A stretch of 59,456 bases of DNA from the NCBI GenBank assembly GCA_021158055.1, contig JAGGVJ010000026.1, positions 1-59,456 on the forward strand, read 5' to 3'. Every line of letters starts with the position of its first letter. Within the stretch, counting starts at the first letter, position 1. The stretch comes from Candidatus Iainarchaeum sp. GTDB lineage: Archaea; Iainarchaeota; Iainarchaeia; JAGGVJ01. The position numbers and the translations under genes were made by a program. The notes beneath the pieces are model-generated. The model was not told the origin of the DNA. It made no database searches and saw only the letters and a list, made by a program, of their open reading frames with translations. Positions 1 to 8,222 of the stretch are shown here, one piece after another.

Positions 1-347
1 GGCAATAAGGACATTAACGGAAAAATGTAAACCTGCCGAATGAGCAGGCTTTGCCCCCACTGGAATTTTTTTGGTGTTTACACTACACCGGGCGGTGTAT
101 AGTGGCTTCTTCAAAGCTTTGCCGGTTGCACGGTAATAGATGGCAGGTATTGCCATCCATTAGCCGATACCCGATTCGTAAAACGCCAATGAAAACATAA
201 CTAATACCAGGCTTATAGCAGCAGCGGTAAAATCTTGGGCAAACATGCCTGAGGTGTGGAACAAAATAAACACGGTGGCAGCTGCCCCGTCAAACTGACG
301 CCAACATATTCTTCAAACACTGCTAAAAAAGCAAAGGAGAGGTAAAC

Positions 348-662
348 TTGAAATGGAAACACACAACACTAATTTTCATAGTGGCTAAACTGTTTTTGGC
401 ATTTTTCGTGCCATTTGCAGTACTGATTGCATGGCTTGAAATCACTATCCCCATAGAGACCAACATTGCCTGGTGGATACTGAAAACCATGGGGCTTTCT
501 GCTGCCATAATCTGGTTTGCAGTAAAGGTGAACAGCTTTGACGACCTTGACGGCGTCAAAAAAACAACATTAGTCAAGTTTTGGAACTCGCTTGAACCGC
601 TTTCAAAAAAAGCAATTGTGGTCTCAATCGCAATCTCCTTAATTTTGATCCTTATAATCTAA
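348..662 (+). CDS. small integral membrane protein, unknown function
   Basis: 104-aa ORF with about 3 hydrophobic helices. GGAGAGGT RBS-like motif ~10 nt upstream. First gene of a co-directional, tightly packed plus-strand cluster. Confidence 0.5.
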   Translation: MKWKHTTLIFIVAKLFLAFFVPFAVLIAWLEITIPIETNIAWWILKTMGLSAAIIWFAVKVNSFDDLDGVKKTTLVKFWNSLEPLSKKAIVVSIAISLILILII

Positions 663-675
663 AAAGGCAAAGAAC

Positions 676-1083
676 ATGGACAAAGATAAGAAGAAAACAA
701 GCATACTTCCGGAAGTAACACTCATCTGGGAAACAAACGCGGAGCAACGTAGCGTTGATTTAGTATTACTCGAGTTCGAGGAATACACCCTTGAGGCCGT
801 GGAAAAAACCACGGAACCGGACATGCACGCTTACCTCCGGACTGTAAATGCTGTCATAAAAACAATTGACGGCAGTAAAGAGTGGGTAATTTCCCTCAAA
901 AATGTCGCGTATAATGAAAAGCGCAAATGGTGGAAAGTGACTGTCGAGGTCACCCCCTCCAACGAGGAATCATTTCAGTTAATCGGAATAACAACCGGAA
1001 CACTGAAAATAACATTGGAGAATGAAGAACAGATACTGCTAAGCGCGGTTGACGCAGGTATCAGAAAGTTCCAGAGGGCATGA
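676..1083 (+). CDS. hypothetical protein
   Basis: 135-aa ORF. Its stop overlaps the next start (ATGA), which suggests translational coupling. No motif recognised. Confidence 0.5.
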   Translation: MDKDKKKTSILPEVTLIWETNAEQRSVDLVLLEFEEYTLEAVEKTTEPDMHAYLRTVNAVIKTIDGSKEWVISLKNVAYNEKRKWWKVTVEVTPSNEESFQLIGITTGTLKITLENEEQILLSAVDAGIRKFQRA

Positions 1084-1742
1084 AAATGACAGGTCAAAAA
1101 ACAAGCCTTAATTCATGGCACGTCGGAAACAATCTGAAATGGCTGCTGATCCAGGAACATCTTGAAAAAGCATTCAGAAAAGCAGGGTTCGCGGAGCTGG
1201 TAATCAACCGCACGCCCATGGGCACTATAATCACTGTCAAAGCCAATTATCCTGGCATGGCCATAGGGAAAAACGGGAATGTCATCCGAAAAGTCACACA
1301 AGAACTGATAGCAAAGTTTGACTTTGAAAATGAACTCCACTTGGAAGTTGAACCCTTCAACACACTGGAAAGGTCGGCGCGAGTGATGGCAGAACTGGCT
1401 GTGACAAGAATTGAAAGGGGGTATTACGGCCCAAAAACCATTGGACGCATAGCCCATCAGATAATGGACTACGAAAACTATGCAGAAGGATGCAAGATCA
1501 TTCTTTCCGGAAAATGGCGATTCGGAAACAGGGCCAAAACCTTGAAAAAAGTGCGGGGCCGAATCTTTCACAGCGGCAATCCGGCAAAAGAGTTCGTCGA
1601 CAAGTACATAGCTGTCGGCAAAAGAAAGAATGGCACTTTCAGCGTCACGGTGATGATACTTGAGAAATCAGTTAACGGGGGAACAAAAATCCCGCCGTTT
1701 AAGCTAGTGGATGAGCCAGAAGTGGAAAATCCACTGTGGTAA
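1080..1742 (+). CDS. divergent ribosomal protein uS3-like paralog (KH type-2 domain + S3 C-terminal domain)
   Basis: Collinear similarity to the bona fide uS3 at 50851-51939. Compare ELVINRTPMGTIITVKANYPGMAIGKNGNVIRKVTQEL with GVEIKKTPLVTRVVLKVERPGLVIGRKGASIQQLTEEI (GxxG KH motif conserved). Compare ILSGKWRFGNRAKTLKKVRGRI..GTFSVTVMI with VVSGKIVGKGGKSRVERVGAGY..GAIGVTVKI. Confidence 0.65.
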   Translation: MKMTGQKTSLNSWHVGNNLKWLLIQEHLEKAFRKAGFAELVINRTPMGTIITVKANYPGMAIGKNGNVIRKVTQELIAKFDFENELHLEVEPFNTLERSARVMAELAVTRIERGYYGPKTIGRIAHQIMDYENYAEGCKIILSGKWRFGNRAKTLKKVRGRIFHSGNPAKEFVDKYIAVGKRKNGTFSVTVMILEKSVNGGTKIPPFKLVDEPEVENPLW

Positions 1743-1766
1743 AATGAGTAAAGGAGAATGTAAAAA

Positions 1767-2219
1767 ATGAACATAAAAATAGTGACGAATGGATCGTTTA
1801 TTTCTTTGTTGCTTTCAGCAGGTTTCATGGCTGAAAACAAAGAAAAGATTCCAAGGTTTCCAAAGGTAAATCTTGAGGAAAAAATAGTCTTCATCCAGAT
1901 AGAAAATCTGGTGAAGAAACTCAGGAAGATCAACAGCACCCCCACCACAGAAGTTTTCCTTGTAAACGTTTTTTTCAACAAAAACGGCTTATACGGGAGA
2001 AAAACCCAAAAAGAGACACTAAATAAAATAAACTCAATGCTCTCAAAAAACATCCGGGTAAACCTATTGGTCAAAAACCAAGAGGAAAAAGAAGAGGTCC
2101 TCTCTGGATTATGGCTCAACGACTGGCCATTGGAAACCGGCCTTGAGATAACGACTCAAGACAAGTTAAAAGCAGCAATTTCCCTGAAAAAAAAAACGGA
2201 AAAATGCTTGTTGATATGA
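1767..2219 (+). CDS. hypothetical protein
   Basis: 150-aa ORF with an AAGGAG RBS upstream, co-directional with its neighbours. The antisense ORF 1568-2119 overlaps the uS3-like gene and is considered a shadow. Confidence 0.45.
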   Translation: MNIKIVTNGSFISLLLSAGFMAENKEKIPRFPKVNLEEKIVFIQIENLVKKLRKINSTPTTEVFLVNVFFNKNGLYGRKTQKETLNKINSMLSKNIRVNLLVKNQEEKEEVLSGLWLNDWPLETGLEITTQDKLKAAISLKKKTEKCLLI

Positions 2220-2920
2220 TCAACTGGCTTGACCAACTGGACTTTGCAGGCAAAGACCTCCAGAGAAACACCACGGCAAACTTAGAGGGAATTGAAGCCA
2301 CCTTGAAAAAACTGGATGAAAGGTCAGAACAGAAACGGACATGTTTCATATTTGACCTGGTTCTGAACAGTTTGATAAGCAGCAACGTCGACGACTACGA
2401 CTTGTCGGACTTTTTAGACAAATTTAGTATGGCTGTGTCAAAAGGAAAGAGGATAAAAGGGAAGTTTCCTTCAGAAACCCTCAAAAACGAATTGGCAAAA
2501 GCCAAAAACAGCCCGGAAGCCGAGGAGAAATTCAAGCAGCTGCTAAACGACGGCCACACATTTGAGGCAATTCTTTCCGCCAGCAACTGGTTGCAGTTTG
2601 AGCGGAAAAAACACAGGGATGCGGGGATAAGAACCGCAATAATGCGCTTTTTCTTCTGCAAATTAAGCGGGGAAACAAGAAAAGCGTACGAGGACATTGT
2701 CTACCTGACTGAAAGGTCAAAGGTATACAAAGAGAAACTAGAGCCTGAATTTTTGGATATAGTCCAAAACAGTGAAAAAATCGGAGAAGTGGCAGTAGCG
2801 GACTTAAGAAATGAGCAATCTCATTTCAACGCCACCAAACTAATTATGGAACTGAAAAAAGACAGGGATATCCAGTCAGTAGTTCTCGTCCTAAGCGAGA
2901 AAACGATGAGTGCCTCTTAA
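2204..2920 (+). CDS. hypothetical alpha-helical protein with C-terminal RNxxxH (HEPN-like) motif
   Basis: 238-aa ORF overlapping the previous gene by 16 nt. Near the C-terminus, ADLRNEQSHFNATKL fits the R-N-x3-H HEPN ribonuclease signature. The motif is the only evidence. Confidence 0.45.
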   Translation: MLVDMINWLDQLDFAGKDLQRNTTANLEGIEATLKKLDERSEQKRTCFIFDLVLNSLISSNVDDYDLSDFLDKFSMAVSKGKRIKGKFPSETLKNELAKAKNSPEAEEKFKQLLNDGHTFEAILSASNWLQFERKKHRDAGIRTAIMRFFFCKLSGETRKAYEDIVYLTERSKVYKEKLEPEFLDIVQNSEKIGEVAVADLRNEQSHFNATKLIMELKKDRDIQSVVLVLSEKTMSAS

Positions 2921-3183
2921 AGATTGCCTCGCACAATGAACTGGAAGGAATTGAAGCCGTGAAGGTTCACAACGGACTGATAACGAGCAAAGTCCCAAAG
3001 TGTGATATGAATAACCTCATAGAGACACTTTCGAACATGACCGGCACAAGAGGTGGTTAAGCATGTTTAAGGAATTTGGCCATGATTGTGGTTGGAATAT
3101 CCAACTGGCTGGAGATATTTCTAGGCAAGGGCACCTAAAAGCACTTCCTTTTTTCATCTTTGCAATGGCAAAGAACGTACAAA

Positions 3184-3366
3184 TCATTTCTTTTTCTGAG
3201 TTTTCAGCCTGTGCCTGACGGAAATGAGTTTTCCGAGATAGTGGCTTACAATGCGATGGTGTTTTCGAACACTTTCATAAATGTACGGGCCACAAATGTA
3301 TGTTTTTCCCTTCTTTATGACCTTGATAAATCGTTTATACATACCAAGGAAAAGGGAAAAGGACAC
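3184..3366 (-). CDS. possible small winged-helix DNA-binding protein
   Basis: 60-aa ORF on the opposite strand inside the otherwise non-coding 2921-3556 gap. The segment KTYICGPYIYESVRKHHRIVSHYLGKLISV resembles an ArsR/wHTH helix-turn-helix (recognition helix xVSxHLxKL). Weak call. Confidence 0.3.
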   Translation of the reverse strand: MSFSLFLGMYKRFIKVIKKGKTYICGPYIYESVRKHHRIVSHYLGKLISVRHRLKTQKKK

Positions 3367-3556
3367 ATAAAAACCATTCCAAATTTTCCGAAAAATCAGG
3401 AAATCAAAAAGGAGGAAAGAAAAAACAAATCACAACCAACACCACCAATGGCAACCGCTGCCAAAAGAATGACCGCATTCATTCTGTATCAACCTGCAAA
3501 CGCTTACTGCGCGCAGAAACAAAACCGCATCAAGTAAAGTATCCGGAGATAAACAA

Positions 3557-4252
3557 ATGAAGAAAGAAACTGGAAAGAAAAGCGATGCATACACGCTTTC
3601 AAAAACCGTAAACAGCAACAAGGTAACTGACATAACAGGTGAGTTCCGCACCATAAATGCTATGAGAAGCAACAAAGCAAAACTCATCATCAGGCTGCTG
3701 ATGAACGGGAAAATAATGATGGGTTACGGCGCCCCTAAGAATGTCTTAAACGGGGACCAAAACATCATCATCCTTAAGGACTCGGGAATAATCAGCGAGA
3801 ATACAAAGCGAAAGCTAAGGCTGTGGAGGAATCCTCAAAAAACAACGAAAGTTGTGACTGTCAGGACAAACGGCAAACCCATGGATCTTGACATCAGTAA
3901 ATTCCAAAAAACGATTCCAAATATTGGATCAATTGATGGAAATGATAGAAATGCACTCGTTTTGATTTCCAACCCAGGAAACGTGCTGATCCCCAACCCG
4001 GACAACAAGCAAGGAACCGACACCATGCACTCATTTTTGTTGCTTGGAGTAAAACAATCAAAGTCGTCTCCCGACGCCCTGCTGAACCTGCTTGGAAGAA
4101 TAGTGCTTGTAAGGGGACTGCAAACCAACTCACAACTACTTGACATGCTGCATCTTCACAAGAAGAGAATATGCTGGGTTGGAAAAGAAAAAAACGGGGC
4201 AACATGCATCATATACACCCACTTGTCATCGGAATTTAACGGACGTGAATAA
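3557..4252 (+). CDS. hypothetical protein, island family A (paralog of 6638-7378)
   Basis: 231-aa ORF with a GGAG RBS. Clear paralogy with 6638-7378. Compare NPDNKQGTDTMHSFLLLGVKQ...LLGRIVLVRGLQT...KKRICWVGKEKNGATCIIY with NPDNPRRTAGTNSFLLIEFGK...LIGRLVVVSDIST...KEKIVWIGKNKAGYIVAY. Confidence 0.6.
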   Translation: MKKETGKKSDAYTLSKTVNSNKVTDITGEFRTINAMRSNKAKLIIRLLMNGKIMMGYGAPKNVLNGDQNIIILKDSGIISENTKRKLRLWRNPQKTTKVVTVRTNGKPMDLDISKFQKTIPNIGSIDGNDRNALVLISNPGNVLIPNPDNKQGTDTMHSFLLLGVKQSKSSPDALLNLLGRIVLVRGLQTNSQLLDMLHLHKKRICWVGKEKNGATCIIYTHLSSEFNGRE

Positions 4253-4253
4253 C

Positions 4254-4808
4254 ATGGACAAAACAATACGGCACCAAATCAGGCCCAAGATAGAGAGAAT
4301 CATCAGGAACAACAGGAAAATACCATTTATGGCATTTTATGACTCGTTCTCAGGTGACCCTCTTGAGCCAATCGTGATAAACTCAAAGAAACTCTGGGAA
4401 CCACCCACAGTTTCGGACACAAAGGAAACGGAAAGGCAAATCGCCACAAAGATACAGAAATCAATAGACGATAACCTTAACGTGATCTCAGACGTGCTTG
4501 ATATCAAAATAAAGCAAACCTCAAAAGAGACCGGGGTATACTACTTGCTGTCAAGCGATTGGGATGAAACCATCATCTTGCTCATGGACAGTTCATTCGG
4601 CAGGATAGTAATTGCCGTGGCAGGAAAACAAGATGAACTTGCAGCCATAATAAACAAAGTAATCAAAGAGTTCTATTATGCGGAACAAGAGCGCAACGTA
4701 ATCCTGGTGGCAAACACAAGCGAACCGGACGTAATAAAGATGTTTCAGGACACAACAACACGAACCGTGCCCAACTTGATATTAAAGCTGGGTTTCAGCA
4801 AAGGCTAA
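4254..4808 (+). CDS. hypothetical protein
   Basis: The ATG at 4254 lies 1 nt after the stop of the preceding gene and gives MDKTIRHQIRPK.... The longer track ORF from 4140 overlaps the upstream gene, so it is unlikely. Confidence 0.55.
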   Translation: MDKTIRHQIRPKIERIIRNNRKIPFMAFYDSFSGDPLEPIVINSKKLWEPPTVSDTKETERQIATKIQKSIDDNLNVISDVLDIKIKQTSKETGVYYLLSSDWDETIILLMDSSFGRIVIAVAGKQDELAAIINKVIKEFYYAEQERNVILVANTSEPDVIKMFQDTTTRTVPNLILKLGFSKG

Positions 4809-4844
4809 CTTAACTTGGCCTTTATCGGAACGGAACAATCCACG

Positions 4845-4939
4845 GCAGTTGGACTGCATGCCAGGCAAGCATAAACACTATTTTTCGGGTTCAAATCCCA
4901 CAACTGCCATCGCTTTGCCAAAGACGATCAGGGTAAAGC
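4845..4939 (+). repeat. tRNA-like leader element copy E1 (candidate structured RNA)
   Basis: 5' arm GCAGTTG 4845-4851. Inner hairpin TGCATGC/GCAAGCA 4855-4871. CTATTTTT box. T-arm-like GGGTTCAAATCCC 4887-4899. 3' arm CAACTGC 4901-4907, a perfect reverse complement of the 5' arm. Hairpin GCTTTGCC/GGTAAAGC 4912-4939. Confidence 0.6.
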
Positions 4940-5067
4940 AAAAACGCAACCAAAGGAGACAACATAACAAACAACAAAACAGAATTCACCCGGCAGAACA
5001 CACAGACAACAGAACGTCAAACCCCGTCGCATTTCAGAAATGAGAACGGGAACATTGAGGCAAAGTC

Positions 5068-5199
5068 ATGGAAAAATCAAACAAACCTAAAAAGTTTCAA
5101 CAAAAGACAGAACAGGCGTTTTTAAACGTGTTTAACAACGCAAGCCGACCACAAGCAGAGCCATATAATGAAAAAACAGACGAAATCCGCCGTTTATAA
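5068..5199 (+). CDS. possible small protein (43 aa)
   Basis: ATG preceded by a TGAGG RBS-like motif. Sequence MEKSNKPKKFQQKTEQAFLNVFNNASRPQAEPYNEKTDEIRRL. Below the 60-aa cutoff of the ORF track. First ORF after element E1. Confidence 0.3.
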   Translation: MEKSNKPKKFQQKTEQAFLNVFNNASRPQAEPYNEKTDEIRRL

Positions 5200-5213
5200 C
5201 GTCTTTCGCGCTG

Positions 5214-5498
5214 TTGGCATTCAGTGCACTGTTTTGCATAATGGGAGCCATTATCTCCGAACCGATCATCATCGGCATGGGGCTGACAGCCACCCTGATA
5301 TTGTGTTTTCTTCTCAGGAACAAAACATCCATGGAAAGAACACTCAATAAAGGTAAATACATAATGTATGCACTCCTGCTGATGTGGGCAATATGCGGGG
5401 CATTAATGATCCTCAACTCCATTAACAACCCCCACAATGGTAACCGGAAACGCCAAACACCGGAAACGCTGAACACAGGGTATTTTGCTTCCCTTTGA
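5214..5498 (+). CDS. small membrane protein
   Basis: 94-aa ORF with a TTG start in the track and two or three hydrophobic helices. Its stop lies inside the conserved 3' hairpin element T1. Confidence 0.4.
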   Translation: MAFSALFCIMGAIISEPIIIGMGLTATLILCFLLRNKTSMERTLNKGKYIMYALLLMWAICGALMILNSINNPHNGNRKRQTPETLNTGYFASL

Positions 5499-5526
5499 TT
5501 TTTTCCGGAAGCACCCTTGCTTTTTT
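5487..5526 (+). terminator. conserved cassette 3' hairpin + T-run element, copy T1
   Basis: Stem GCTTCC 5487-5492 / GGAAGC 5507-5512 with loop CTTTGATTTTTTCC, followed by CACCC and a T-run. The same architecture occurs at 6448-6488 and 18446-18488. Confidence 0.55.
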
Positions 5527-5617
5527 ACCGGATGACAAGTACAGCACAAAGACACCTGACAAGCACAGCATAACGACACAATAAAGAAAACCGACATAAC
5601 AAAAGGAGAACAAACAA

Positions 5618-6073
5618 ATGAACACAATCAACTCCGGCGGACTGAACCAGCCACACTTTGAACAGTACATTCCATCTGTTGCAAGAATTTTACCTGGAAT
5701 CGTTGCCACAGAACTAACTGTCAGAAAAGCACCGTGGAACGAACCTGATGCAGTCATATCAAAAATTCTCTCTGATATGATTCTGGAAGCATCAGTGAAA
5801 CCCATAGCGCGAAAAATTGACCGCCTTGCAGGTTTCAATATCCCCCTACCCACACTGGTCCAAAAACCAGCACATTGGATTACGAAAATCAAGGGGATAA
5901 CATTTAAGACAAAAACCAGTGCCGACAAGAATTTTCCATTCTGCAGCATTGGCGTTCCAGGTAAAATACTGTCCAAAATTGGTGTGTCGGATACAAACGA
6001 CAGAATTGTACTGTTTTCAGCAGACAGAACAGCACCTGAAAATGAAAACAAATGGGAATTGCTCCTTATTTAA
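5618..6073 (+). CDS. hypothetical protein
   Basis: 151-aa ORF with an AAGGAG RBS 8 nt upstream, co-directional with the island. The competing antisense ORF 5422-6051 was rejected. Confidence 0.5.
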   Translation: MNTINSGGLNQPHFEQYIPSVARILPGIVATELTVRKAPWNEPDAVISKILSDMILEASVKPIARKIDRLAGFNIPLPTLVQKPAHWITKIKGITFKTKTSADKNFPFCSIGVPGKILSKIGVSDTNDRIVLFSADRTAPENENKWELLLI

Positions 6074-6200
6074 TTTCCTTAAACATTGCATCGGTAAAGG
6101 TGGGTTAGTGGCTTTTCTGACCTTTCAGCAGGATCATTCGTACCGCTTCCACTGCCGAAAATGCAAATTAAGGAAAAACTTTTTCCCAACAGTTAAAACC

Positions 6201-6297
6201 GCAGCCGGCCAACATGCGCCTATTTTTCGGGTTCGAATCCCGCAACTGCAATCACTTTGCAACCGGCAAAGCAAACCAAAAACAGCAACTTGCTGTT
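6201..6297 (+). repeat. tRNA-like leader element copy E2 (shortened inner hairpin)
   Basis: 5' arm GCAGCCG 6201-6207. TATTTTT box. GGGTTCGAATCCC 6229-6241. 3' arm CAACTGC 6243-6249 (5 of 7 pairs). Hairpin CTTTGC/GCAAAG 6255-6271. Hairpin AACAGCA/TGCTGTT 6281-6297. AGGAGG RBS follows. Confidence 0.55.
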
Positions 6298-6317
6298 AAA
6301 AAACAACAGGAGGAAAA

Positions 6318-6419
6318 ATGTTCAAAAAAGACATGAAACGAACTATTTTCAGCTTACTGCTGGAAGTAATAACCGCCATATTAGTCTTTGTAAAGACTAA
6401 AATAAAGAACCTCAAGTAA
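6318..6419 (+). CDS. possible 33-aa hydrophobic peptide
   Basis: AGGAGG RBS 6 nt upstream of the ATG. Sequence MFKKDMKRTIFSLLLEVITAILVFVKTKIKNLK has a basic N-terminus and C-terminus and one TM-like helix. It sits exactly between E2 and T2. Confidence 0.35.
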   Translation: MFKKDMKRTIFSLLLEVITAILVFVKTKIKNLK

Positions 6420-6447
6420 CACCGCCCTGCCTCTAGTGCAAACTTTG

Positions 6448-6488
6448 TTTCCCTTTGATTTTTTCCGGAAACACCCCCTTTTTTTTTC
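6448..6488 (+). terminator. conserved cassette 3' hairpin + T-run element, copy T2
   Basis: Stem GTTTCC 6448-6453 / GGAAAC 6468-6473, a compensatory C>T / G>A change relative to T1. Identical loop CTTTGATTTTTTCC, then CACCCCC and T9. Confidence 0.55.
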
Positions 6489-6519
6489 TGCTCTGCACAG
6501 GCAAAACATTTCTAAAACC

Positions 6520-6645
6520 GCAGCCGACCAACACACGCCAGGCATGTGCCACTATTTTTCGGGTTCGAATCCCACAGCTGCAATCGCTTTGCTAACACAA
6601 GCACAGCAACCGGCAAAGCAAACCAAAACAGCAAACCATGCTGTT
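6520..6645 (+). repeat. tRNA-like leader element copy E3
   Basis: 5' arm GCAGCCG 6520-6526. Inner hairpin CACACGC/GCATGTG. CTATTTTT box. GGGTTCGAATCCC 6561-6573. 3' arm CAGCTGC 6575-6581 (6 of 7 pairs, with a C-G pair where E1 has T-A). Hairpin GCTTTGC 6586-6592 / GCAAAGC 6613-6619. Hairpin AACAGCA 6627-6633 / TGCTGTT 6639-6645. Confidence 0.6.
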
Positions 6646-7378
6646 AAAAACCCAGAGGAGTAAAGAATTGAATGACATAACAACAGTTTCCCAATTGCAG
6701 ACTGCAATGGAAACAAATAAAGACATAACACCGCAAATGACTGACAGAACACCAGCGATGGAAGCATTCTGGAACCTGTTAAACAAAGGGCAGATTCTTC
6801 CGTGTGGAGCTCCGACAGAAGAAAAGGGCAACGATCGGTTTGTACTGGTCTTAAGGAATCCCCGGAAACTAACCGAACGAGACTCCAAAAAAACCAAGTC
6901 AAAAATGACTGGAATTTGGAGAGAGCACAACGATCCAAAAAGCACGATAAACGTGCAGATTGCAGGGGAAACCCCGGTTAAACTGCGAATCGGAAAAGAA
7001 CCAGGAATAGTTCCCAACCTAAAAATGGATAAATGGGAAACCAGCCATGAGAACTTGCTTCTCTTATGCAAAAACCCAGACAATCCAAGAAGAACAGCCG
7101 GAACAAATTCTTTTTTGCTAATCGAATTTGGCAAAACAAGAACAAAAAACCTGAAACACCACCACAAAAACTCAACTCTCGCAATGTTAATAGGGAGACT
7201 TGTAGTGGTTTCAGACATTTCAACCCTGCGTGGCGTCAAGGAACTGGCTGACCAGTTCAAAGAAAAGATAGTCTGGATTGGGAAAAACAAGGCTGGTTAC
7301 ATAGTTGCTTACCTGAACATCAGAACCGTAGCGGAACCGATTAAAGCAACAACAAAATCAAAGGAAGACAATGGCTAA
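6638..7378 (+). CDS. hypothetical protein, island family A (paralog of 3557-4252)
   Basis: Paralogy with 3557-4252 supports this frame over the antisense ORF 6592-7290. The start is uncertain: ATG 6638 lies inside the E3 hairpin, and the in-frame TTG 6668 follows a GAGGAG RBS. Confidence 0.6.
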   Translation: MLLKTQRSKELNDITTVSQLQTAMETNKDITPQMTDRTPAMEAFWNLLNKGQILPCGAPTEEKGNDRFVLVLRNPRKLTERDSKKTKSKMTGIWREHNDPKSTINVQIAGETPVKLRIGKEPGIVPNLKMDKWETSHENLLLLCKNPDNPRRTAGTNSFLLIEFGKTRTKNLKHHHKNSTLAMLIGRLVVVSDISTLRGVKELADQFKEKIVWIGKNKAGYIVAYLNIRTVAEPIKATTKSKEDNG

Positions 7379-7493
7379 CAGAAAGAAAAAAAACCAAAAA
7401 GGCGAGGACAAGCCAAAAAAGGGTGAAAACAAGAGGAAGAGAGAACAAACCACCAAACAGAAATTGCAAAAGCTAAAGGAGAAAAAGGCCTAA
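7371..7493 (+). CDS. possible 40-aa highly basic peptide
   Basis: The ATG overlaps the stop of the previous gene. Sequence MANRKKKNQKGEDKPKKGENKRKREQTTKQKLQKLKEKKA. It could equally be a chance ORF in A-rich sequence. Confidence 0.25.
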   Translation: MANRKKKNQKGEDKPKKGENKRKREQTTKQKLQKLKEKKA

Positions 7494-7520
7494 GACAATT
7501 TCAAGCAGTTAAAAAGAAAA

Positions 7521-7572
7521 GCAGTTGCAGATTCTGCCAAACTGCTGCTCTTTTTTTCTTTTTTTTATTTTT
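7521..7572 (+). terminator. hairpin + long T-run terminator
   Basis: GCAGTTGCAG-att-CTGCCAAACTGC hairpin (7521-7545) followed by a run of more than 20 nt of mostly T. Confidence 0.55.
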
Positions 7573-7602
7573 ACTAACCAAAACGAACACAATATAGTTC
7601 TG

Positions 7603-7711
7603 TAGTCGACCCACATGCACCGGGCGTGTACCTCTTTTTTCGGGTTCGAATCCCGCAGCTGCAATCGCTCTGCAACCGGCAAAGCAAAACAAAACAGCAG
7701 GAACTCGCTGT
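7603..7711 (+). repeat. tRNA-like leader element copy E4
   Basis: 5' arm GTAGTCG 7603-7609. Inner hairpin ACATGC/GCGTGT. GGGTTCGAATCCC 7642-7654. 3' arm CAGCTGC 7656-7662 (4 Watson-Crick pairs, 2 G-T wobbles, 1 mismatch). Hairpin GCTCTGC 7667-7673 / GCAAAGC 7679-7685. Hairpin ACAGC/GCTGT 7694-7711. GGAGG RBS follows. A TTTATTTTTAC TATA-like box lies ~30 nt upstream of the 5' arm. Confidence 0.6.
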
Positions 7712-7727
7712 AAATCTGGAGGAAACC

Positions 7728-8222
7728 ATGTTTAAAAAAACACACATAAATGCAGACTGGCTGCTAAATGCCAAACAAATAGAAAAGGCTGCAAACGGAC
7801 TTAGGAATTTTGAACCCCTAAGCAATACCACGTCTCCGCAACTACCTAACTTGGTTGAAACAGAAGAAGTCATTGCACAGGCAATGTTCTTTTTCAGAAA
7901 ACAATTTCTCCCATCAATGGTTAAACAACCTAAGAAACTGGAAAAGCATTTTCAGAGGTCGTATAATTTCGCAGATGACTGTGAAAGAATATTATTCCTG
8001 AAAAAAATTGCTCTTAGTACAAACACCCATGGACAAAGTGGGATATTACCCGTTGAAGCTGTTTACCTCTTGGGAAAAGAAAACCCGGTGGAAAGCTTAG
8101 ATCCTCTCTTGGAAATAATGAACAACAGCAACAACCCCCAGGTAAGAAACGCATCAGCTGCAATCATCACCAAAGTCCTGGAATTCCAAAACAGCAGGAT
8201 ACCTGCAGAAACTACAAAGTAA
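7728..8222 (+). CDS. hypothetical protein, possibly HEAT-repeat-like
   Basis: The ATG at 7728 follows a GGAGG RBS; the track ORF from 7626 would run through E4. The C-terminal LDPLLEIMNNSNNPQVRNASAAIITKVL resembles a HEAT/PBS-lyase repeat. Confidence 0.5.
   Translation: MFKKTHINADWLLNAKQIEKAANGLRNFEPLSNTTSPQLPNLVETEEVIAQAMFFFRKQFLPSMVKQPKKLEKHFQRSYNFADDCERILFLKKIALSTNTHGQSGILPVEAVYLLGKENPVESLDPLLEIMNNSNNPQVRNASAAIITKVLEFQNSRIPAETTK

Noticed and set aside
31-104. Hairpins at the left edge (CCTGC-cgaatga-GCAGG at about 31-50, CACTACACC-gggc-GGTGTATAGTG at about 81-104), considered as a possible ncRNA or terminator
   Set aside because: There is no adjacent gene context inside the window and no conserved family to compare with. 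Evidence is insufficient.
117-130. 14-nt inverted match (CTTTGCCGGTTGCA) to the E2/E4 hairpin motif, considered as an inverted terminal copy marking the island end
   Set aside because: It is too short, and the adjacent sequence lacks the T-arm and arm motifs. It is mentioned in the island finding but not called as a feature.
2921-3060. Possible frameshifted C-terminal extension of ORF 2204-2920 (frame encoding IASHNELEGIEAVKVHNGLITSKVPKCDMNNLIETLSNMTGTRGG)
   Set aside because: There is no slippery sequence or start codon that I can support, and the frame is only about 45 codons long. It cannot be distinguished from chance.
3160-3537. 125-aa plus-strand ORF in the 2921-3556 gap
   Set aside because: It has no RBS, odd composition and no similarity to anything recognisable. 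It overlaps the slightly more protein-like minus-strand wHTH-like ORF 3184-3366. The region may in fact be non-coding.
5422-6051. 209-aa minus-strand ORF overlapping 5618-6073
   Set aside because: The plus-strand ORF has a good AAGGAG RBS and matches the uniform plus-strand polarity of the island. The minus ORF runs through the T1 element and the intergenic region. The call remains tentative.
6592-7290. 232-aa minus-strand ORF
   Set aside because: The overlapping plus-strand ORF 6638-7378 has a clear paralog at 3557-4252, which supports the plus frame.
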